A stretch of 64,000 nt of DNA from Eledone cirrhosa (lineage: Eukaryota), in NCBI GenBank assembly GCA_964016885.1, contig OZ024741.1, positions 84,692,001-84,756,000 on the forward strand, written 5' to 3'. Position 1 is the stretch's first letter. The number at the start of each line of letters is the position of its first letter. Of the stretch, positions 26,950-39,098 are shown piece by piece. The notes beneath the pieces are model-generated. The model made no database searches. It saw nothing but the letters and a program-made list of their open reading frames with translations, and was not told the origin of the DNA. The position numbers were made by a program, and so were the translations under genes.

Positions 26950-28045
26950 ATCAGGTTTAAGCTTATGTGATGCTCCTCCTTTTTTTGTAAGCCAAATTAA
27001 ATATAAATTGCATTTTTGCCAATTTTTCAGATTTTTGAATTTAAGACGTATAAAAAGTATTTTCGCTAAATGTATTTTTTTTGTTTAGTTTAAACTCGGC
27101 CGCTGTACAGCACGAACGGCTAGAAACTTCAATGATGGAGTGTTGTGAGGAGGTGTTAATGTATGCACAGTGAAACTTTGGTTTCAATAAATCCTCCATA
27201 GTGAACTTACTTTTGGAAGTAAACAGGATCTTTGACGTAATTCTGCCATCAGCAGAAGGATTTTGTGGAGGTAAGTCCTCACACATCAGTCTTATGGGAG
27301 AGCTAGATGTAAGCATTAGAATGGTTTCTGAGTATTTGGACCGAATTCGGAAAAAATTCGTGCCACATGAATTGAAATACCTCCAGGAAAACCATCATTG
27401 TGAACACTGTTGGTTGCTTATTTTGAGATGCAAAAACGTCATATTTCTTAATCATATTATGCTGATCAGTGGATATTGTACAAACGTTGAAGATGTACAG
27501 CACAGTGGTTAGACCGAGATGAAATTCCTAAACACTTTCCAAAGATGAATTTGCACCAAAGAAGGGTATGGTAAATATTTGGTGGTCCGCAACTTGATTA
27601 ATCTATTATAGTATTCTTGCTACAGGGAATACCATATTACAGTAGAGCAAACATTTCAGCGTATGTATCCATCATTAGTCAATAGAAAAGATACAATTCT
27701 CATGCAGGACAGCGCTCGGCCACACACTACACAATCAACGATACAAAAGTTGATTGGTTTGGGCTACGAAACTCTGCCTCGTCCAGTATACTTAGCGGAT
27801 CTTTCAGCAAACTACTAGCATTTTATCAAACATTTCGACAAATTCTTGCAAGCAAAAGTTGTCAGCAACCAGATATTCGCCAAAAAATGTAACTGGAATA
27901 AATAAACACGACACTTGTTGGCAACGGTGTATAAATTCTAAAGATTTTGTTTTTATTTTCACCAATAATTTTTATTCTGGACTGAAGTATGTCGTTCTAA
28001 AGTTGATGTATAAAAACCTAAAATAATTTCTGAACGATCTGATAG
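26950..28045 (+). mobile_element. Degenerate mariner (Tc1/mariner) transposase relic
   Basis: Broken frames: FKLGRCTARTARNFN..TVKLWF (HTH), ELDVS..VPHEL, KGMVNIWWS, ILMQDSARPH..IQKLIGLGYETLPRPVYLADLSA (HDNARPH / YSPDLAP equivalents). TIRs not clearly recognisable. Confidence 0.8.
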
Positions 28046-28727
28046 TTACCTTCTTTCAAATATAATACTAACATGAATTTAGAGAAAACGTTTTAACCTA
28101 AAATTAATACCATGGCACCAAACACAGCACCGAGGTAATTTTCCTCTTACTCTATAAACGGTTCAGAAAGAATGCTTACCACGGCTTCCAAACAAGCCAA
28201 GCTTTCTAAGTGGACTTTGGTAGCCAGAAACGTATCCGAGGAATACTCAGTTACTCAGACGTTCGGTTGATCAAACAACTGCATGCTCATCGTCGGAAAC
28301 GATGGAGGACCCATCCAATAATATAATATTCATGATAAAACTGCTACAAACTTGTGAATCCTTTCTGCAGGTTTTAATAGGAAGCCGAGAAGCATACTTA
28401 ACGAATGTCTTACACACAAATTGAAATAGCAAAATGGATAATGAATTTTAATCTGTATGTCTTTTGTTTTTGAAAATGATCATGTAATGTTAAACCATTG
28501 GCGATTGGAATATAACACTTCGTCTGAGGTGATATTCACGAAACTGACACAGATGCAGGTACGCATACATTCGCACATACACAGATACTCACAGACACAC
28601 AGACATACAACACACAAACATACACGGACACAGGCAGAGACATACACAAATACATACCGGCACACGCAGATACACTCACAGATAGACACACAAAACAGAA
28701 CACTCTCACGCACACACATATGCATAC

Positions 28728-28812
<85 letters not shown>

Positions 28813-30169
28813 TTACAACAGTCACGTCATTTTCGTGCGCAGTTATGAAAAATACAAGTGTCTTTGTGTGAATCTCCGTGCTCGTCTCGTCGCTCCGTTG
28901 AAAAGTGACAGATTTAATTAAAACTACGGTTAAGTCAGGTGTAAGTGTTGTGTTTCTTTGGGCAGCAAGCACACCGGAGAACATGAGTAAAGGACAGATT
29001 GGCAGAAAGATGTAGACAGGAAAGAAAGAAAGAAGAAACTCTAACTAAAGACAACATGGTAAAAGCATTTACAAAGTGTGTACCTGTAACGGCATGTGTG
29101 TGTGTTACCTATTGTGCACGTATGTTACTGGATTGTCTATATTATATATGGATTGACTGTGACATTGTAAACTAGTGTCTACCACCCATATACACTATCA
29201 GAAACGCTCATACGCTCAGCTTGACAGGCATATATGAATATATGCACTCATATGTTGTACTTGTGCAACCTGCTACTAATGCAGGAAGGTAACATTGAAG
29301 AGAGAAAAATTAATTTAAAATGTCGTTATCAGGGTAGAATGGAATTAAAATAAGATACTCCGGCTAAACAAAGGCATACAAACACTTAGGAATGGATGGA
29401 ATAGACAGTGTAAAATATATACAAATGAAATAAAAGACTTGGAAGGAATAATGTAAGTGCATTAGAGTAATACCGAAAACGTATTAATACTCTGTACCAG
29501 TAATAAGTTAAAGTTCCAATATACATAATGACGACGGCATTTAGAATATTCCACTCAAAATACAATATAGTTCGTTTTATTCATCATAAAATACAGGAAA
29601 TAAGAGTCTTATGCAATTACAAATATTTTATGAAATACCCACTGCATGACTAAATAAATATCTAGTTACGACTAATGAAAAACTCATAAATATATCCACA
29701 AAACACGAACAAAAAATATTTTCTGTTTTGAAGGAAGACAACAATTACATGACAGAGACTGAAATCAGAGATAATTATGGGAAAAGGCCGAAGAAAACAA
29801 CAGAATTTGTAAAAGGCCTAAAATCTATTTAAAAAATCGGAATATAGAATGTCAAGCTAAAACAACATTTACAACCATTAAATCCGGCATTCGTTTGGCA
29901 AGATATATAGTAGATGTCATTAACAGTATTGTTAAAATTATTCACATTGAAGGCTTTTGAAGGTTAAAATATCATTATCATTTAGTGTATATACCATACA
30001 GAAATGTAATGAAATTGAATTTGTTCTTTTACCATTCTTACTAGTCGTGTTTCTAGCTCTCACTCGGAGAAAAGTGAGGGCTGGTCTTTCTATAGTGGAA
30101 AACATTTTGAGATAGATGTAAAAGAATTAAAGAAAACATAAGTTTTGTAATATATACATACACACACAC

Positions 30170-30210
<41 letters not shown>

Positions 30211-30212
<2 letters not shown>

Positions 30213-30321
30213 AACGAGTAAGACGCCGACGGCTGAGCTCAAGCAGTTTCGACGGCTAATTCTAGTCCAGAATTAGCCGTCGAAACGGCTTGAGCTCAGC
30301 CGTCGGGGTCTTACTCGTTCC
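30211..30321. repeat. Second copy of the hammerhead half-palindrome, flanked by (TA)n on both sides
   Basis: ggaacgagtaagacgccgacggctgagctcaagc..aattct agtcc agaatt..gagctcagccgtcggggtcttactcgttcc; near-identical to 21755-21870. Confidence 0.9.
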
Positions 30322-30665
30322 TATATATATATATAAAGTAAGTTAAAATAAACACGACATTCACGCCCACACATATTTTCTCTCTCTCTCTCACGCACAC
30401 ACACATAGGCTCTCACTCACATCCACAAACATAGAAGTGTAGAGTTGGGAGAAAGATGAGAGAGCTATATAGTGATGTTTAAATGTATTTCCTGGATGAA
30501 ATGTTCTTGGACAGTTTGAATGAGATAGACATTATATTTGCGATATTTTTCTCTTACAACCTATGTAGCTTCTAAAGACTCGTCCATTTATTAAGTAATC
30601 TCACCAGCAACTGTTTCATTTCTCAGACATTATTCATCATATTCCATTCACCTCTTAATATTTAG

Positions 30666-31148
30666 GGTGGTGGATTGGCAGAAATCCTTCAGCGCCAGAT
30701 AGAATGGCATTGCGGTATTTGTTCTGATTCTTTACATTCTGAATTCAAATTCCACCAAGGTCAAGCTTAATTTCCATCATTCAGGGATTGATTAAGTATA
30801 GTACCCGTCGATTACTATACTTAATCAATATTACCCTTCTCCCTAATTTGCTGGTCTTGTGCGAAATTGAAATCAACATTTAGATACATTTAAAAGCATT
30901 TATAGAATTTATAGTCCTTTCCAATACTGCTTTCTTTTTTGTTTTAAATTGTACTTGTAATATATTCAATTATTAGAGCGTCAGACACCATACTTTGAAT
31001 CATAGAGTTATTACCCTTTATGTTCTGAGTTCAAATCCCGCCGAGGTTAACTTTGCCTTTCATCTTTACGAGGTCGATAAAATAAAGCACTAGTAATGCT
31101 CTGGGGTAATTGCTGGCCTTGTACCAAAAGTAGAAACAGTTATTATTA
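30666..31148 (+). mobile_element. Two SINE copies (30666-~30880 diverged; ~31005-31148 5'-truncated)
   Basis: ggtggattggcag head, gagttcaaatcc B-box, aactttgcctttcatc..ggtcgataaaataaag central domain. Confidence 0.7.
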
Positions 31149-31149
31149 C

Positions 31150-34100
31150 TATGAATTTGATATCTAAGTCATTGTTATTTAACCGGAAAATTTGACCTAA
31201 CCAACATTAAGCCGCTACCTTCAGCTTCAGATATTCCGGACATATCGGCAAGTCCTTACTGTTCCAGTAGGATACATTTTAAAGTATTACAAAAAGAGAG
31301 GGCTGGGCTAATGTCTTTACTCAGCCTTGGAAACTCTTTAAGATAGTAACTATTGCTAATGTGATGATTGTATGACCTTGATTTCATGACAGTCGAAAAT
31401 CCTTTCGTAAAGTTCCCACTTTAAATCCTAGTACCTTTTAATTTTCTCCTTCTCCTTTTTTGCACTCTTTTGTCAAAGGGGCAATCTATATCTATATTCA
31501 AGCAGATCTTGTTTCCTTGTCAAAAATTACTAGGTCAGGCCTATTGTATTCTAATTCTTTGTCTGTTTTCATCCTGAAATCCCACAGCCCTTTCACCAGA
31601 TCCTTTTCTAACACCAGCTCTAGCAAATGATCATATCATTTCTCAGAATGAGTTAAATTAATCAGTTTGCATAAATGCCAGTGTATCACTTTTCCCGTGA
31701 TACCATGCATACATCCTTTGTAGTGAGTCTTGGCTAGGTACTTACACTCGGATACAATGTGAGCTATAGTGTCCTCTCCCTCCGCAGATCCTACAGAGCG
31801 GGATAGACTCTCCATTCTGAATATGATGTTTCATCCACTTCGTTCTAAAGGCCTGTTCCAAGGAAGCCAGTACCATTCCCTCTTCGGCTTTTTTAAGCTT
31901 CCCTTTCTTCAACCAGTTCCATGTCTGCGGATCTCTGAATTCAGTTTTCTTTAAATATATGCTATGAAGGGCTTTTTAATTCAGAATATTCTTCCTCTTT
32001 GTTGGAAATCCCCTGGTCTATTGTCTCCTCCTCCAATACGGCCTTAAGCATTGGCTTGTTACTCTCAGACACATATTTGTGTAAACGGCTCTTCTCTATC
32101 TGAACACAGTCCTCCACGCTGATATGACTTCTTCCACCTGCAGATTTCTTTAAGTACAGTATATCAACATCAACTCTCGTATGAAACATACTGTAGTTAA
32201 TTAGTAATTTCCTTCTCTTTCTATCCAGTTCATTTTGCTCGTTTACATTCCACTTAAGAACTCTATCTAATAATGGAGACCGCTCGGGAATGTACTGCAC
32301 TTATTGCATTTCTACTATTCAGCTGTGATTTTAGTATGTTACTTACTCTTCTTGTGTATTCAGATCTTATATTCTCTTTCATATTATTGTCCTTGATATC
32401 ATCTGTCTCCAGAACACCCAAATACCTATATCCCTTCTCAGTGTCGAGTTTCTTTATCATCTCACTCATTGGCAGATCGATTCCTTTGCTTCTCTTCAAT
32501 TTACCTACACTTATTAACACAAAATTCCGATGCATATATTGCTGAAAATACGAACAGTGTTAACAAGTATATCCACTTCCTTGCTTTTGCCGAAGAGATT
32601 TAGGTCGTCCATAAAGAGGAGGTGGTTGGTGGTCAGTTCTCTCCTTTCCATTCGTATTCTGCCTTCACTTATCGCAATACGAGAGACATTGGGATGAAGG
32701 TAAGGATAAACAATGAAAGGTACAGGCTAATTCCTTGGAAGATACCTCATGGAAGATTCTCCACTTGATGTTATATCCGTCTCTCACGTTTCGTGCTATT
32801 ACTAATTAGCAGTCTGATATTGTCCGACATCTTAAAGATTTTCAGACACTTGGTTATCCGATAATGCGGAAATATGTCGAATGCTTTCTTCTAATCTATC
32901 CATCTATGGAACGACAAGTGTGCCTCTTACTGCAGTTCCTTACCACCTTGTCAATAAGTAACTGGTCTTTTTTACCACGGGACTTCTTTTGGCATTTTTT
33001 TATGACAGGGGGTGGTAGATTTCCTCAGACCTAACGCTTGTTAGCAATTTCCAGACTATGGACAGGCATGTGATAGGCGTATGGTTGCTAACGTCATTTT
33101 CCTTGTTTTGGTATTTCATTATTAGAACCGTGGTAACATTTGTCAACCACTGCGGTACTTCACCCGACACCAAACAGTCAGTTTCAGGTGGAGAGAGGTT
33201 ATTCCAATATCTTTACACACAATTCGGGCCTTGTGATTTCCAGCTGGTTAATTTATTGGCCTGCCTTTTAAGGGTTTCAACCGAGAAACTCATATCATAC
33301 TTTTGGTGTGCTTGTTCATTAACCTCCTTTTTAAATGTCTCAATCCACTCTGCCCCGCTATTACGCTGATCATCCTGCTCTAATATCCCTCTCCAAACTG
33401 TGTTAGTCAATTCAACCTCAGGGATGCCTCTTTCTTTCCCTTGAAGCCGTTAGAATAATATTTACTGGTTGTTGCCGAACATGTGGCTTTGTCTATACTG
33501 GCTAACTCTGCTCTGATATCTTTTGAGTTTTGCTTTAGTTCCTCTACTATAACATTTACCCCTTTTCCGTTTGTGTTGTATTTCTTTGTCTATCTATGAT
33601 TAGTATCTACATGTTGTAATGTCCCGTTTGATAAAGACTCACGTTTCCCGATGTACTTTCTCATTTTCTTTGATTTGACCATTCAATCGCTTCCATCAAT
33701 GTTCTATCCTTTAACGTTTGTTTTCCTCGGTCTGATATCATGTTTTTCATCACATTTGCAGTTGCTTTGTGAATGTTGCTTTGGAGAAGATTTTTTGCCT
33801 CATGGCATGGGATGACTCTGTTTACCTTATCTGTCGTTTCTTTTAACTTTTTTTCGATCTACAAATCTTAGATACATAGGTTTCCCAATATCATAATTTA
33901 TTTCCTCCACTATTCAATTCAGAATGTTAACAAAATTTGGCCCTATCCCATCAGCGTTCATTTACCCAATGACCGTATCTTTATTACAGATGTTATTTAA
34001 TTCAACAATTAGGGCATTGTCTTCTTCGGTTACTTCCTCATGTCTCCCAAACAATTCAACCTCATTTTCTACTGGTTCATTTGTCTGGTTCACTGCGTTT

Positions 34101-34260
34101 TCTACAGGCTTATTTGCCCGATTTACTCCACTTTCTATTCATCGCTTAATCTCTTAGCTCCCCCGATTCCAACTCGTTTATCTATCCATTACTTCTTATT
34201 ACATGAGCCTGATCCGATTATTTTTGTTCACTTCATTTAAATCGACCAGATTTTATGCAT
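31150..34260 (-). mobile_element. R4/Dong-like non-LTR retrotransposon (RT, CCHC, restriction-like endonuclease), decayed
   Basis: Minus strand: NHLLFMDDLNLFGK (~32600), YRYLGVLE, ELDRKRRKLL..DVDILYLKKSAGGR, CRICGEGEDTIAHIVSEC, LWDFRMKTDKELEYNRPDLVIFDK; ends in a short taa-like run. Confidence 0.85.
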
Positions 34261-34758
34261 TCGTTTCCTGGGATCACTTTTCAGATAACATTTCATTACA
34301 ATTTTTTTCAATTGAGCACCTAAATATTCTAAGGCAAGGTTGAAAGAATAAAGATAATATTTTCTGTGTGAAGGATGATGTCTGGTTTCCAAAATCAGAG
34401 CAGGTTTCTTGCCTCACAAAAAACGTAAATATTAAACCCTTGTAAAAAAAGGTAATATTTGTTACCGTCATGCGTCAACGAGAGACTACATAATATATGT
34501 GGCGGCGGTGGGTGCAGTTTTATGTTTGTGTATTGTGTGTGCTTATATCCCCGCATTTTTAAGGTTCAACAAATGAAATACCAGATTTAATCAAATAAAA
34601 TCGATTAAATTCATTCATGATTGTGAAGAAGGATAGCCACAGTCTAATGATTGAAACAAGTTAACGATTAAAAGAATATATGAAATACAATTTATCTTTT
34701 TCACGTGAAAACATATTGGAAATTAACGAAACGGAGCCACACACCAATCAATATTATA

Positions 34759-34948
34759 CGGTGGATTGGCAGTATCGGTAGAGGATCGGACGCCATGCAT
34801 TGCAGCATAGAGTTACAGCCCTTGCCATTCTGAGTTCAAATCCCGTCGAGGTTAACTTTGCCTTTCATCCTTACGGAGTCGATAAAATAAAGTACCAGTA
34901 ATGTACTGGTTAATTACTGGCCTTGTGCCAAAAGTAGAAACAATTATA
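34759..34948 (+). mobile_element. Complete tRNA-derived SINE with a Meta-domain-like core
   Basis: A-box-like tggcagtatcggtag, B-box gagttcaaatccc, core gcctttcatccttacggagtcgataaaataaagtaccag, tail ggccttgtgccaaaagtagaaac; many copies in window. Confidence 0.8.
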
Positions 34949-34999
34949 ATAGGAATGTTTAAACTATACAGCATCTACTGATGTATATATGCATGTTCT

Positions 35000-36360
35000 G
35001 AAATCCTCGAGGTGCATCTGGGAACGATGACAAATCACTCGAAAAGTGGTAGGACGGCTGGGGAGGATGAAATTTGTCTCCAGATGTTAAAGTCCTTGAA
35101 TATCTCAATTGTGACCAGATGATATCCGTCTCGAGATATTGAAAGCCTTACATTTGGACGGTATTCTCTGGTTGATTCATGTGTGCCGGATGACCTGGAT
35201 CTCTGGAAATGCACCTAGATAATGGCAATCGGGAGTGATAATCCCAATTTTCAAAAAGGGAAGCAAGAGAGATTTCTCCAATGACAGAGGGATCACCTTG
35301 TTAAGCCTCCTAGGGGAAGTCTATGCTAGGTGTCTGGCAAAGAGATGTAGGGAGATTGATGAGTCTAATCTAGCTGAAGAATAGTACGGTTTTCAACCGG
35401 GACGCAGCACTGCCGGCAGAATATTCACACTGTGGCAGATCTTTCAGAAATCAGGTGAGTACTGCTGAGTGGTGTATTCTTCATTTGCAGATCTCGAAAA
35501 GGCATATGACAGCTTTCATCGGTACCTGCTGTGGAAGGATCTGCAGGATTATGTGATGGATAGTCAGCTTCTGGTTAGCGTGAGGTCTCTATACGAAAGC
35601 CTAAATGTTCGTGTTCGGAATAAAACGGTGCTACGTCGACGACATTCGTGGATTGGCAGTATCGGTAGAGGTTCTGACGCCATGCTTTGCAGCATAGAGT
35701 AACGGCCCTTTACGTTCAGAGTTCAAATCCCGTCGAGGTTAACTTTGCCTCTTATCCTTGTGGGTTCGATAGAATAAAGTACCAGTACTACACTGGGGAG
35801 ATTGCTGGCCTTGTGCCAAAAGTAGAAACAATTATATCACTTAACTCGTCAGCAGGTAGGTTTCTTCAGCAATCGTTAATGGGAAGAAGTGAAGTAGATC
35901 CCAAACCCCAAATCGCTATCATTAAGTCGGTATTTGTGTCAACACTTTCCTATTGTTATGAATCTTGTCTAATAACCAAAAGAATACGATCGCGAATATA
36001 AGTGGCCGAAAATGGAGTTCCTCCAAAGGGAGTTAGGAGTAACGTTACTCGCTAGAGTGTGTAGTTCAGAAACCAGGGAGTCGCTCCAGGTGGAGCCACT
36101 ACTTCTCCGAATTGAGAGATCAGAGCTTCTGATAGTACGGACATGTGCCTAGAGTATTTTAGGTAAGAATCGCTAGATGTTACGGGCAAAACCAACCAGC
36201 AGGAGGCCCAGGGGTAGACCCCGAGCAAGATAGATAGATAACATCCATGAGTTTATTTGGTCTCGCGTGGGGATCCAGCCGGATCAATTGGAGACCATTG
36301 TTTCTGACAGAGCACGCTGGACGGAGTGTTTGAGGACGCTGCCCCATGAGCCTCTCAGGA
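35000..36360 (+). mobile_element. RTE-clade LINE fragment (RT region), interrupted by a SINE
   Basis: AGEDEICP.MLK, VIIPIFKKG..RGITLLSL.G.VYAR, YGFQPGRST..IFTL, FADLEKAYD, LSYCYES, RRPRGRPR; followed by (GGA)n(GAA)n at 36389-36484. Confidence 0.8.
35648..35835 (+). mobile_element. SINE nested in the RTE fragment
   Basis: Near-identical to 34759-34948. Confidence 0.8.
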
Positions 36361-37584
36361 ATAAGTGGGAGCAGGAATAAGTGGGACTGGGAGGAGGAGG
36401 AGGAGGAGGAGGAGGAGGAGGAGGAGGAGGAGAAAAAGAAGAAGAAGAAGAAGAAGAAGAAGAAGAAGAAGAAGAAGAAGAAGAACGGCTAATTATATAG
36501 AGATTTTGATATTGGTTGCTGAAATAATCAATCAGAAATTAATTACCCAGACTATTTAAATGAGATGAAATAGATTCAGCGGGAAAATTATATTTCCTCG
36601 GATCCAAAATGAACAACATAAAGAAATAAATTTACACCTCCCACCTATGTAGGGTTAGTTGACCTACTATGAGTTTGCATTTCCGGCGAGCTCTTCGTTA
36701 TATCATAAAAAGAATCGCTGTACAGGAATACCATGCGTCATCTGATCCAAGAATTGAACTTAACACCTTACGATCATGCGAGCAGTCTTCTAACCCACCT
36801 TTCCTAGTAAGTGAGGCAAATCACTATAGAAATTGGATATAAATTCATTTTTAGACATCTGAGACATGTCGCGAGGCTTGTAGTTATTCGTGTTAGATTT
36901 AAGGTCAAATCAAAAGAAATTCATATCTCTAACCTACATATCAGTTGTTCACTAGACATTTTCAAAACACAATTCAATTTACTAATAATCAATTTCCTAT
37001 ATAATTTCCTCATTTGCTATTTAGCCAACACTTTATCTCCGCGTCTTCTGAAAGCCCCTATAGATTGTAATAAATGTTTCGTTCTGAATTTCGGAAATAT
37101 ATACATACATATGTATGTATAACTATATATATGTGTGTGTGTGTAATGAGAGGGAGAGGGAGAGAGAGTGAGAGAAAGTTAGGGAGAGAGAGCGAGAGAA
37201 GGAGGGATAATCATATTATTGCAGTCAAAGTAATATACAACTTCAAATTTCTTCTGCAAAGATTTTGCAAATTGTCATTATAATATTCTATAATAGAATT
37301 TTCCTCTATCTCTATGTAAAAGAATGACTTTTACACATACATATATATATGGGGTGGGGATTGTGTGTGTATAATTTGAGTCAAGGAATCTGAACGTGGT
37401 AGCTGGTGAAAACTTCACTCAATCAACGCTATCGTCTCAATTTCAGACATCATCATCTTCCATACTGGCTGAAAATTCTCTTCCATACCGTACAACCGCG
37501 CATTACTTTCCACAATACACCAAGGATAAATCATTTTTCGACACTTGATATTTTCAAAGGGCTTCCATATAATAATTAATGAAA

Positions 37585-38100
37585 TTACTTCCCTGCCCTC
37601 CCTAAAGCAATGGTTGCAAACTGGGGCCTTTTCTGTTTACGTCTGAGTGATATTGAACGTAGATATACATAGTTTGTTTGTCTGGTTGGATGCGACCACC
37701 AGCTTAGATTCTTCCCTCTTCTGAATACGGTGATGTATGTGTCATTTGGACGTTTTTCTAAGTGAGTGGGGAGTGACCAGGTTTCTGAAGCACATAGGAG
37801 AATTGACTCATTTAATATCTGAATGACTTTGATTTTTAAGGAGTTTTGATTTTCAGATTTTATCAAGTTGCTTAAATGCTTCCCGCGCGCCAAAGATTTC
37901 CGGATCTTAAAGTCTTTTTGTGCGTCCAGGATATGTTAACACTGGCTTTATTTTTAATATGCAAATGAGGCTACTCAGCCAATGTGTACTTAAGAAAATA
38001 CTGTTCAACAGACTGGTAGAGGTCTACATTTCTGATGAAAGGTAATGACCTAGAAAAATGTTGATTGTTCCTCAAAGCCACTGTTGAAGAAACAGGTGAT
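37585..38100 (-). mobile_element. RTE-clade LINE 3' fragment
   Basis: ORF 37585-37893 LKIKVIQILNESILLCASETWSL..LEKR..TY..NLSWWSHPT (LLYG.ETW motif). Confidence 0.65.
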
Positions 38101-38178
38101 GATCTGTCACGGGCACGGCACAATTTCAAATCGGGCCGTTTGTTTACAAACGAATCGAGCATTATTATTAATGTTCGA

Positions 38179-38250
38179 GGGCGGCGGATTGGCAGTATCG
38201 GTAGAGGATCGGACGCCATGCATTGCAGCAAAGAGTTACGGCCCTTTATG
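38179..38250 (+). mobile_element. SINE 5' head fragment
   Basis: ggcggattggcagtatcggtagaggatcggacgccatgcattgcagca, as in 34759. Confidence 0.7.
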
Positions 38251-38530
38251 TACGTACATACGTACATATTTATATGTTTATATGTGTATGTATATATATA
38301 TATATATATATGTGTATGTGTGTGTGTGTTTGTTTGTTTGTGTGTGTGCGTACGTGTGGGTACTTCCATTTATGTATCAGCTGTGCTAGGGAGAGAAATA
38401 AAATTCTAATTATATTTATATATATATATAAATATATGTCTGTGTGGTGTGTGTGTGTGGTGTGTGTGTATGTGTGTGTGTGTATGTGTGTGTGTGTGTG
38501 TGTGTGATTGTGTCTGTGTGTGTACATACA

Positions 38531-38567
<37 letters not shown>

Positions 38568-38942
38568 GCAACCACACATAAATACATGCAAATATACATA
38601 CATTATCGATTTCTATGTTAGTTCATTTCTTTTTTACATGTTTATCATCATTTCACCATAAAACAAAACAAAAATAATCTTGTTATTCATGGTTATAACC
38701 CGTCTTGGTATTTGGTATGTATAATCCCTCAGCAAAACACGTATATCGTCATTATTTTGAAAGGATATTCAATCTGAATGCAGGTAATGCTTTCCAACAA
38801 AACATAAAGAATATTTATTTAAAAGAAAGTGGGGGAAAATATTTTCTACAAATCTTGTATCGTCTATGGCTTCTTATACAGATTACTACACAGGCATCTA
38901 AGGTTTCTGTGTCTACCAGCAATTTCTCTCTCTCTCTCTATC

Positions 38943-39004
<62 letters not shown>

Positions 39005-39049
39005 TGTATATATATATATATATTTAAATATATATATATATATATATGC

Positions 39050-39095
<46 letters not shown>

Positions 39096-39098
<3 letters not shown>

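Noticed and set aside
24600-30150. Possible host exons in the less repetitive AT-rich stretches (also 45700-47800)
   Set aside because: No ORF with recognisable domains or convincing exon structure; small exons cannot be excluded without RNA data
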